Below are positions 9,397 to 17,550 of a stretch of DNA of 64,000 bases, piece by piece. The notes beneath the pieces are model-generated. The model saw only the letters and a list, made by a program, of their open reading frames with translations, made no database searches and was not told the origin of the DNA. The stretch covers positions 70,106-134,105 of the forward strand of contig JAJEHQ010000005.1 in assembly GCA_022823625.1 (NCBI GenBank). The letters run 5' to 3'. This DNA comes from Gammaproteobacteria bacterium. GTDB taxonomy: Bacteria > Pseudomonadota > Gammaproteobacteria > Arenicellales > JAJDZL01. Every line of letters begins with the position of its first letter. Positions within the stretch are counted from its first letter, which is position 1. The position numbers were made by a program, and so were the translations under genes.

Positions 9397-9731
9397 AACA
9401 TATCGAAATCGATTTACCATCTTCATCCACTATTTGAAGATTTGATATTTCACCGTTAAGCCTTGAGAAAGTTACGAATTTGTAGCACCTTTGCTCTGTC
9501 ATTGATGAATGACAGACACTAGTTAAACTACAAGGCTGAATTCCAGTCGTTGCGTTATTTGGACAGTTAGCTTATATGCATGCGTCTGAAAGGAAAATGG
9601 CAGTAAACCAACAAGGATTGGATGCATGACTCGCCAGGTGGACGATACGTCACTATCGTACGCGCTGGAAAATATTCAGGCCACTTGGCCTAACAAGCAC
9701 GAAATCGGAAAATTCAATTGATGAGACAGAC

Positions 9732-10916
9732 ATGACGAATATTGACTCAAGAGATCGCGGTGCGCTCAAGAAAATGCTACAAACCAGGCCGGTGTGGGAG
9801 AGCAATGAATTAGCCGCCAACTCAATTGGCATAGACGACTCAGTGATACTTCATGCTGGACCGCCATTTGAGTCCACCAACGAAATTCCGGCACCAGTTA
9901 TGAATTCGGCTGCAGTAGCGCTGGTATTCGAAAAACATGCGGACAGTTTTGATACTGCACGCGCAATGATTCGATCAGGTGAGATTCAGTTGCAACCAGC
10001 CCAGAATCACTCAACCGTGGTACCCTTGGCAGGCGTTGTTTCAGCTTCAATGTGGCTGCACAAAATTATTGATACCAATAATCCGAATAACGTAACCTAC
10101 TCTCCTTTCAACGGTGGAAATGGACCAGCTATGCGACTCGGCTTGTGTAGTGAGTCAGCACTGTCGCACCTGCGTTGGATCAATCAAGAATTAGTTGAAG
10201 CAATAGACAGTTGTCAGGACGGTCACATCGATTTGCTCGACATTGCGAAATTTGCATTAGAGAATGACGATGATTGTCACGGCAGAACAATAGCCGCCAC
10301 CCGTGAACTGGTCAGCAGACTCAAGTCCACGATTGATGGCTATGCTGAACAGAAAAGCTTTCTGGATGACAGTCCGAGTTTTGCACTCAATCACTTGATG
10401 GCAGCATCAAAATGCTTGATGCTGGCTGCTGATGCTCAATCAGACAGCGGTATGGTTACTGCTGCTGGAGGTAATGGAGTCCGTACCGGTATACAGGTAA
10501 GCGACCAACCGGGTAATTGGATAACAGAAACTGCTGCTTCCCCTGAAGGGGATTTAGGCGAGTTTCCCAAGTCGCGAGCACTAGGAGCAATTGGTGACAG
10601 TGCAGTAGTTGACATGATCGGATTTGGTGCAATGGCGGTTGCCTATTCAAATACGCAGCGAGAAATGTTCGGAACTTATTTGCCAGCAGATGCGGATGAA
10701 CTCCCATATAAGCTCCTGTTGTCTGTCCATGACGCTTTTGGCGCGTTGGAGTTTCGGACAGGACTGAGCGTGCGTACTGTCGTCGAAGAAAAAACCACCC
10801 CGATCGTCAGCTTGGGTGTCATCGACCGGGAAGGAACAGCGGGAAGGCTTGGTGGTGGTATATTCCGTTACCCTCTGTCCCTGTTTCAGGCAGCGCTTGA
10901 TTCAATTGGCGGGTGA
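9732..10916 (+). CDS. DUF1116-family protein (YlbE-like)
   Basis: 394 aa. Remembered family blocks match: ILHAGPPF, VVPLAGVVSASMW, FNGGNGPAMRLG, LRWINQEL and DDDCHGRTIAATREL. The assignment is from memory and needs an HMM check. Confidence 0.6.
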   Translation: MTNIDSRDRGALKKMLQTRPVWESNELAANSIGIDDSVILHAGPPFESTNEIPAPVMNSAAVALVFEKHADSFDTARAMIRSGEIQLQPAQNHSTVVPLAGVVSASMWLHKIIDTNNPNNVTYSPFNGGNGPAMRLGLCSESALSHLRWINQELVEAIDSCQDGHIDLLDIAKFALENDDDCHGRTIAATRELVSRLKSTIDGYAEQKSFLDDSPSFALNHLMAASKCLMLAADAQSDSGMVTAAGGNGVRTGIQVSDQPGNWITETAASPEGDLGEFPKSRALGAIGDSAVVDMIGFGAMAVAYSNTQREMFGTYLPADADELPYKLLLSVHDAFGALEFRTGLSVRTVVEEKTTPIVSLGVIDREGTAGRLGGGIFRYPLSLFQAALDSIGG

Positions 10917-10922
10917 ATCGTC

Positions 10923-12218
10923 ATGTCAAATCTGAATGAACTGTCTTTGAAAGCAGTTTCTCACCTCATTCAATCGGGAACAGTGCAGCCTCGAGAACTT
11001 GTTTCTGATTGCATTGCAAGAATTGAACTGTGCGAGGAAGAGTTAAAAGCATTTACGACTTTCGATCCTGAGCGCGTATTTGATCAGTTGACTGAGGTAG
11101 AGAGACAGGGAAACAAGTCTGCGCTGTTCGGAGTTCCTGTTGGAATCAAAGACATTATGGAAACCGCTGGTATGCGAACCACGATGGGAAGCAAAATTTA
11201 TCGTGATTACGTACCACAGCGTGACGCCGTGTGCGTGTCAGCGTTAAAGACCGCAGGTGCGCTGGTTGCCGGCAAAACTGAAACGACCGAGTTTGCCTAC
11301 TACTATCCTGGAAGAACCCGCAACCCACATGCACCTGATCACACTCCGGGCGGATCTTCCATGGGATCTGCAGCGGCCGTGTCAAGAATGATGATTCCAC
11401 TTGCCTTGGGTACGCAAACCGCCGGTTCCGTCATCCGTCCAGCTGCTTACTGTGGTGTAACCGGATACAAAGCGAGTCACGGATCATTCAGTTTGGCAGG
11501 TGTCTGCGGGTTTGCTCAAAATCTTGACACACTTGGATTTTTTGTTCGAAAGGTGGAAGATTTGACAACTGTTCGACACACACTGTCTGGAGCTCCTGCA
11601 GAAATACTGCCTTTATCCGGTAGGATAAGAGCAGCGCTAGTCAAAACCCCGCACTGGGAAATGGCCGATGCCAGTCAGCAGCAGCTCATTGAAGATGTTT
11701 GCCGACATTTGCAAGGTCATCAAATTGAAATTTCTGAAATTGATGTTGGACCTTCAGACGGAGCATTGACACAGGCACAAATCACAATCATGGGCTATGA
11801 AGGGTGCCGGTCGCTCAGTGCAGAATATGCGAATTTTTCACACTTATTAAGTGATCAGATCAAGGCACTCATTGAACAAGGACAGCAAACCACCCATACA
11901 GCCTACCTTGAAGCGATCAAATTGGGTAATATTTGGCAGAAGAAGATGCGGTCAGTGTTTAAGGATTATGACGTGCTCATCACACCTAGTGCACCTGGCG
12001 AGGCTCCGCAGGGTTTAGACAGCACAGGAGATCCGATCTTTAACCGTGTATGGACGCTACTTAAAGTACCTTGCATTCATCTACCAGTGGCATTTGGTCC
12101 AAACGGTCTGCCGCTAGGTGTTCAATTGATAGGAGCCTTTAATCAGGACGACCGCCTGATCCGGGCTGCGCATCAGATACAGGAGGTTCTGGCTGAATTT
12201 GAATTTGTCCCGAACTAG
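10923..12218 (+). CDS. Amidase-signature (AS) family amidase
   Basis: 431 aa with GVPVGIKDIMETAG (catalytic Lys context) and GGSSMGSAAAV (Ser-cisSer). It starts 6 nt after the DUF1116 stop. Confidence 0.85.
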   Translation: MSNLNELSLKAVSHLIQSGTVQPRELVSDCIARIELCEEELKAFTTFDPERVFDQLTEVERQGNKSALFGVPVGIKDIMETAGMRTTMGSKIYRDYVPQRDAVCVSALKTAGALVAGKTETTEFAYYYPGRTRNPHAPDHTPGGSSMGSAAAVSRMMIPLALGTQTAGSVIRPAAYCGVTGYKASHGSFSLAGVCGFAQNLDTLGFFVRKVEDLTTVRHTLSGAPAEILPLSGRIRAALVKTPHWEMADASQQQLIEDVCRHLQGHQIEISEIDVGPSDGALTQAQITIMGYEGCRSLSAEYANFSHLLSDQIKALIEQGQQTTHTAYLEAIKLGNIWQKKMRSVFKDYDVLITPSAPGEAPQGLDSTGDPIFNRVWTLLKVPCIHLPVAFGPNGLPLGVQLIGAFNQDDRLIRAAHQIQEVLAEFEFVPN

Positions 12219-12230
12219 CTCGCAAATGAG

Positions 12231-12254
12231 TTCTGAATCGACACTAATTCAGAA
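12231..12254. terminator. Possible bidirectional hairpin between the convergent amidase and mgtE genes
   Basis: TTCTGAAT (12231-12238) pairs with ATTCAGAA (12247-12254) across an 8-nt loop. The stem is AT-rich and weak. Confidence 0.3.
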
Positions 12255-12255
12255 A

Positions 12256-13575
12256 TTAGGCTAAGAATCCAGCAAACAGAGTCGCAATTCCCAAAAATGC
12301 AAAAAAGCCAGTGATGTCTGTGATCGTAGTGAGCACAATCGATGAAGCAACTGCGGGATCTTGGCCAATTTTCTTCAAACCTACCGGCACAAGCACACCA
12401 GCAATTCCAGCGATTACCATCGCCAGAATCATTGACGAACTGATCACAAGCACCAAGCCGGGTTGACCGCTCCAGATATAAACCGCGATTCCGCACACAA
12501 TTGCGACGGCAACACCATTTGCAAGCCCAACAATCGTTTCCTTGCGAACCATCTTTGGCCAGTCTCGTACCTGAACTTCTCTCAACGCTAAACCGCGCAT
12601 TGCGACGGCTAACGCCTGTGCACCAGCATTTCCGGATTGACCTGCTACAACTGGTAATAGCACAGCTAATGCAGTAAATTTCGCGATAGTGCTTTCAAAA
12701 ATTCCGACCACTGCAGCCGCCGCGAATGCAGTGAGTAAGTTGACCTGCATCCAGGGTAATCGTTTGCGGACCGCGAATTTACTTCCAGATGATGCACGCT
12801 CATCTTTACTCACTCCGACCATAGTTTGAATGTCAATGGACACATCTTCTTTCAAGACATCAAGTAGTGTGGAGTGTCGAATCGCACCTAACACCCGTCC
12901 ATCATGGTCAACTACGGTTAATTCATCCAGACCGTAGCTTTCCAGTTTTTCGATAATTTCTTCGCGCGATGCATTCGGATCTACAACAACGACAATTTGA
13001 TCAGAGAGTTCATCCAGAGTCTGATTAGGGTCGGCTAGTGCAAGTGAATCAAGCTTTACAATCGACCGAAATCGCTGCTCATCATCCACAATTCGCAATT
13101 CAGCTACTTTACGCTTCAATCTGCGGGCACGTAATATCTGCAGTGCTTCATCCGCTGTCATATTGCCTTTAAACAGCAATATACGAGTGTCCATTAGTGC
13201 ACCGGCTGTGTCAATTGGATAAACCATCAACTCGCGGATTTCGCGAGAAATTGATGGCTCCATGCCAGCCATCAAAACCTCACTCCTCTCAGACTCAATA
13301 ATGGTGAGAATCGATGCAGACCTGCCTGGATCAATACCCTTCAATATCGCTAGAGCATCAGAATCGTCCAGCAATTCAACCATATCTGCCGACATGTTTG
13401 GGCTCAATGCAGACCAAACTTCAAGTGCGATTTCCTGGGGCACTTGTTCTAGGATTTCGATGGCATCCTCGACCGAAAGTGTTTCAAGGCGGTTTGCGGC
13501 ACTTTGCGGTGCCTCTTGGCAGAATCGGGTGATTAGGATCGATTCTGCCTTCTGATGTTCAATTTGCTCGGTCAT
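12256..13575 (-). CDS. mgtE: Magnesium transporter MgtE
   Basis: 439 aa with an MgtE N-domain, a CBS pair and a C-terminal 5-TM MgtE domain (NLLTAFAAAAVVGIFE..., GNAGAQALAVAMRGL, DPAVASSIVLTTITDITGFF). Confidence 0.9.
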   Translation of the reverse strand: MTEQIEHQKAESILITRFCQEAPQSAANRLETLSVEDAIEILEQVPQEIALEVWSALSPNMSADMVELLDDSDALAILKGIDPGRSASILTIIESERSEVLMAGMEPSISREIRELMVYPIDTAGALMDTRILLFKGNMTADEALQILRARRLKRKVAELRIVDDEQRFRSIVKLDSLALADPNQTLDELSDQIVVVVDPNASREEIIEKLESYGLDELTVVDHDGRVLGAIRHSTLLDVLKEDVSIDIQTMVGVSKDERASSGSKFAVRKRLPWMQVNLLTAFAAAAVVGIFESTIAKFTALAVLLPVVAGQSGNAGAQALAVAMRGLALREVQVRDWPKMVRKETIVGLANGVAVAIVCGIAVYIWSGQPGLVLVISSSMILAMVIAGIAGVLVPVGLKKIGQDPAVASSIVLTTITDITGFFAFLGIATLFAGFLA

Positions 13576-13603
13576 CGGCGAACCTCCCGAATATTCGCAA
13601 ACG

Positions 13604-14434
13604 TTAAGTTACTCTACGATTCGCAGAGAGCGCTGCCACCATTACATCCGCAAGTCGAAGACAGTAAATTTCTGCCACACCCAACACCTCAAAATGTGAT
13701 TGAACAGCACGTTCTGTAGTTGATGATGGTTCCTCCAGTGCGCCCCACAAGTCGATGAAACGAACGATTCCAATCAGCTTTCGGTCACGATCAATGACTG
13801 GTAAAACATCACTATTTTTCCATAACGGCGATTCCACCGCCTGTCTTAGAGTCGACGATGCATAAATTGGCTCAACCGGTAAATTCATTATTGAGGAAAC
13901 GGACTGCTCTTCACCTTTTTGTTGCAGCAATTCGACCATCGAAACCGCACCAATCAATTCATTTAGATCATCTACAACATAGATTTGACTATAGACATAA
14001 GCTTCATCAATTACCTGCCCTTTTGCATCGGCAATTCGAGTATCGCCGCAAAAAGTAACGGAAGCAGTTTCCATCCAAGCGCCAACCAGAGAACTCTGGT
14101 AGCGGAGCAGCATTGAAACTCGAATCGCCTGACGACGGGGCAGTTTTGCCAGCAGTGCATCTCGCACCTCGTCTGTCGTATAGCGTAGAATTGCTGCTGC
14201 CTCTTTGGGTTTCAGGCAACTTATGTATTTCGTCGCTGATGCTTTTGAGATGGTTTCTATACACTTAGCAGCTGTGCGAGGTAGCATGGAGCGCAACGTC
14301 AAAACGCTCAATGAATCATCGATTGCATCAATTAACTCACCAGCCACATCTGCCTGCATCTCCTGCATGGCACTGACTGCCGCTGCGTTGTACTGTCGGA
14401 CAAAATATTCAGCAAGCTTCAGCCCCTCAGACAT
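13604..14434 (-). CDS. Soluble MgtE-like cytoplasmic sensor protein (MgtE N-domain + CBS pair, no membrane domain)
   Basis: 276 aa that align in layout with the first ~270 aa of MgtE (LLRYQSSLVGAWMETASVTF..., IYVVDDLNELIGAVSMVELL, VLPVIDRDRKLIGIVRFIDL). No hydrophobic C-terminal domain. An 8-nt overlap (ATGTCTGA) links it to the upstream gene. Confidence 0.75.
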   Translation of the reverse strand: MSEGLKLAEYFVRQYNAAAVSAMQEMQADVAGELIDAIDDSLSVLTLRSMLPRTAAKCIETISKASATKYISCLKPKEAAAILRYTTDEVRDALLAKLPRRQAIRVSMLLRYQSSLVGAWMETASVTFCGDTRIADAKGQVIDEAYVYSQIYVVDDLNELIGAVSMVELLQQKGEEQSVSSIMNLPVEPIYASSTLRQAVESPLWKNSDVLPVIDRDRKLIGIVRFIDLWGALEEPSSTTERAVQSHFEVLGVAEIYCLRLADVMVAALSANRRVT

Positions 14435-15266
14435 TTCCTGGCTCCCTGGAGACCAATACGCTGGGCTGATCGGAAAACATTTGCGCTGGTATTGTCACAC
14501 GACCTTCTTCTGTATCCAATATTACGGAAACTGACGTAATTTGAAGAATGGTACCTTCATGCTGACCAATTCGGATACGCTGCCCAATACGGTAGTCGGA
14601 GTTCAAATATCGAACTCCAATCAAATTGCTCACCAGTTGTCGAGCACCAAGACTGAAAGCAATGGCAAGACCACCGAGTGCTGCGCCAATGGTAACCGCC
14701 ATTATCGTAAGCACAACCCGAACGTTTACGCCAATCTGATCAACACCGATCAAGATGAGCAAAATAAGCACGAACAATTGCGCTACCCGGGACAAGGCAG
14801 CGCGCTGTGACTCAGGTAAATTGACTGCTGCAGAGCTGATTGCCTGAGCGATCAGTCCACTAAAGACAACACCCGCCCAAATAATGAGAACGCCCGAAAG
14901 GATATTCGGTAGATGGCCTACCAGCCGACCAAGCCAATCGGCGAACATACCAAGTCCTAGCAACTGAGTTGACAGTGCGATAAATACCAGAATAATGGCC
15001 CAATAGACTATCCTTGATACAACTACTGCAACCGGTTCAGTGATATTTGGCAGGACCGGTGTGCCTGCAAATTTGATTCGCAGGCGAATTCGGTTGAGCA
15101 CGCCTATGAGTCGAAGGACCAGTACTTTGCTGACGCGTGCGAGAATCCAGCCAATCAGCAGTGTTACCAGAACACCCAGAATCTGTGGCAGAAAATCGAT
15201 GAATTTCGAAACAGAATCAAGCGCTAGTTGCGCAAGCTGAGTACCCCAGTCAAGTAATTGGTCCAT
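14427..15266 (-). CDS. Small mechanosensitive-channel-family (MscS-like) membrane protein
   Basis: 279 aa with several TM helices followed by an MscS-type beta domain (DYRIGQRIRIGQHEGTILQITSVSVILDTEEGRVTIPAQMF). Confidence 0.7.
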   Translation of the reverse strand: MDQLLDWGTQLAQLALDSVSKFIDFLPQILGVLVTLLIGWILARVSKVLVLRLIGVLNRIRLRIKFAGTPVLPNITEPVAVVVSRIVYWAIILVFIALSTQLLGLGMFADWLGRLVGHLPNILSGVLIIWAGVVFSGLIAQAISSAAVNLPESQRAALSRVAQLFVLILLILIGVDQIGVNVRVVLTIMAVTIGAALGGLAIAFSLGARQLVSNLIGVRYLNSDYRIGQRIRIGQHEGTILQITSVSVILDTEEGRVTIPAQMFSDQPSVLVSREPGNV

Positions 15267-15572
15267 TTTGCTTCCACACAGTGGCTAGCGTCGAGTCGCT
15301 AGTAATTCAAGCATTCGCGAAATTGAGCCGCTGATATCCAGCGATGCGAATTTTCAAGTGGACATTATAAATGATTTAATGCTTTGTTTTTATTGGCTAT
15401 TGCACAACAAATGTACAGTGACGAACACTCATCCATTCTCACTTGAAGCTCGGCGAAATGGCAAAAGTCGAGAGACTCAGTCCATTAGTTGTATTGAAGA
15501 GCAACCTGTTCAAAACAAAATCTAAATCAATAACAGCAGAAACCGCACTGATTACAACGCAAACAATTCCTA

Positions 15573-16193
15573 TCAACCAGCTGGAGTCAACCAGGTTTCT
15601 GAAATGGCCATGAAAGCGGTGCTTGTTTCTCGTCCAAGGAAATTCCGGGTGGTTAATTGACCCGAGAAATAGTGCCCATTAACAGAAATTTCCGCCGCCT
15701 TTGCTTCAAGGAAAACACTGTACATGTCATGCTCGCCAGTGGCTCCAATTTCAGCTGCCACCTCTGCCGCGAAGGGTTCTTGCAAATCCAGCCATGACAT
15801 AACAACTTCAAGATCACCAGCAATCACTGATTCAGTCCGATACTCCCTGAGATCTCCACGTGAGGTGACGTCGTCTATCTTTCGATAACTCATGTGCTGT
15901 AGGCCCTTTCGTCCCCTAAATGACGGAAATTTCGACATGTAGTCAGAAATCAGATATTCCGTCAATTCTTCGTTGTCGGTGAGACAAATGTTATTAGCAT
16001 CCGGCAGTCCAGCTTCCTCATCCGGCTTTTCCAGCACAATCATTGTTGTGCCAGCGCCATGAGGAGATAAAACAACGCGGAAAAATATTCCGAGTGCTGT
16101 CCAGTCCCCATCCGGGTCTTCCTTGAAATATATGCCTGGGTTTTCACCCGACCATTCAACTTTTCCGGGATTACGAGGTTTAGTGGGGTCCAT
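15573..16193 (-). CDS. Hypothetical protein, 206 aa, no recognisable family
   Basis: A clean ORF with an ATG start and a composition typical of soluble proteins. I recognise no motif. Confidence 0.5.
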   Translation of the reverse strand: MDPTKPRNPGKVEWSGENPGIYFKEDPDGDWTALGIFFRVVLSPHGAGTTMIVLEKPDEEAGLPDANNICLTDNEELTEYLISDYMSKFPSFRGRKGLQHMSYRKIDDVTSRGDLREYRTESVIAGDLEVVMSWLDLQEPFAAEVAAEIGATGEHDMYSVFLEAKAAEISVNGHYFSGQLTTRNFLGRETSTAFMAISETWLTPAG

Positions 16194-16422
16194 AGCAGTG
16201 TCTCCTGATTAGTGATTGAAATACTTAAAATCACACGGAATTATACTCAGGCGATGTTTCTGAAAAAGTTACCCAATTGCCAGCGGCGTTTCTGATTAGG
16301 AATGGTCAGAAAATTCACAAAGGTAAAATATTCGTCAGCTTCGAGCTTACCTCACACAGCGATTGGATTTGTTGCAGAGTTGCCCTGAGTATGGAACGGG
16401 TTGCAATACAGCAAACTTTTGG

Positions 16423-17514
16423 ATGCAGATGAATATGGAACTCACGACCGATCGGTTTTTCTCACAAGAACACCAGCAACCGGAAAACTGGCTAAATCTA
16501 GAGCAGTATCTCCAAAGCCTTGGTCACGAATTTTCCGCTGAACCTGAGCCAAAGCAATTTGTTGGTGGCTTTGGAAACCTTAATTTCCTGATTCAGATGG
16601 ATGGTGAACCCTGTGTACTGCGCCGGCCACCACACGGACCTCTGCCGCCTGGTGCAAACGATATGGTACGAGAGTACAGAGTCACTTCACGCCTTTGGAG
16701 GAAGTTTCCACTGGCGCCAAAAGGCTTGTTGCTTTGCGACGACTCAGAAATTTTGGGAGCGCCTTTTCTGATAATGCAATATCGCCCAGGGGCGGTAATT
16801 CAAATGGATGTACCTGAGAGTCTTCATAGTCTGACATGGCAGTTGTCAGAAATGATTGTCGAAGTGCTGGTTAAATTTCAATCTGTTGAACCCGCCAGTG
16901 TGGAATTACAAGACCTTGGTCGACCGGAAGGATTTCTTGAACGTGCGGTACGCGGGTGGGTGAAACGCTATCACGTCGCTGCGGAAGATGTCTATCGGAA
17001 CAGTGTCAGCCCTGCCTCAGCCACGAAGATCATTGACTGGCTGGAAAAGCAACCGGCTCCAAGCACCGGGCACACCTTGCTTCACAATGATTTCAAACTC
17101 AACAATATAGTTCTGGACCGTGACAACCTTACCCAGCCCATCGCACTGCTGGACTGGGATATGTGTACACAGGGAGACCCCCTATTTGATTTTGCCACAC
17201 TACTCAGCTACTGGACTGAACCGACAGACCCACCAGCCCTGAATAAAGTTGGACAAATGCCAACCTCTACAAGCCCAGGCTGGATGAATCGAGAGACGGT
17301 TGCAGACTACTACGCCAAGATCAGCGGACGTGACCTGTCCAACCTTCATTACTATCGGGTGTTGACAGCATTTAAACACTGCATTATTTTTATGCAGATT
17401 TATGCGAGATTCTGCCGGGGTACAACCACCGATCCCAGAATTGCCGAACTGGGACCGGCCCTCGATTCACTGTTCGAGTTTACACACGATATTGTTCTTC
17501 AGCGTTATTTCTAA
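16423..17514 (+). CDS. Phosphotransferase-family (APH/choline-kinase-like) kinase
   Basis: Brenner motif LLHNDFKLNNIVLD and metal-binding LLDWDM. The track start (TTG 16363) adds a Cys/Gly-rich, unlikely leader, so ATG 16423 (MQMNMELTTDRF) is preferred. Confidence 0.75.
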   Translation: MQMNMELTTDRFFSQEHQQPENWLNLEQYLQSLGHEFSAEPEPKQFVGGFGNLNFLIQMDGEPCVLRRPPHGPLPPGANDMVREYRVTSRLWRKFPLAPKGLLLCDDSEILGAPFLIMQYRPGAVIQMDVPESLHSLTWQLSEMIVEVLVKFQSVEPASVELQDLGRPEGFLERAVRGWVKRYHVAAEDVYRNSVSPASATKIIDWLEKQPAPSTGHTLLHNDFKLNNIVLDRDNLTQPIALLDWDMCTQGDPLFDFATLLSYWTEPTDPPALNKVGQMPTSTSPGWMNRETVADYYAKISGRDLSNLHYYRVLTAFKHCIIFMQIYARFCRGTTTDPRIAELGPALDSLFEFTHDIVLQRYF

Positions 17515-17550
17515 CGCGACGGGAAAGCCTCTCGTCTCTGATTTCTTGAT

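Noticed and set aside
9626-9721. 31-codon upstream ORF (MTRQVDDTSLSYALENIQATWPNKHEIGKFN) ending 10 nt before the DUF1116 gene
   Set aside because: It has no ribosome-binding site or recognisable motif. It could be a leader peptide, but nothing in the sequence supports that over chance.
15267-15572. M-box (ykoK) Mg2+ riboswitch upstream of the mgtE-containing operon
   Set aside because: I could not find the long multi-helix architecture or the conserved M-box segments, only short local hairpins. Those are reported separately at low interest.
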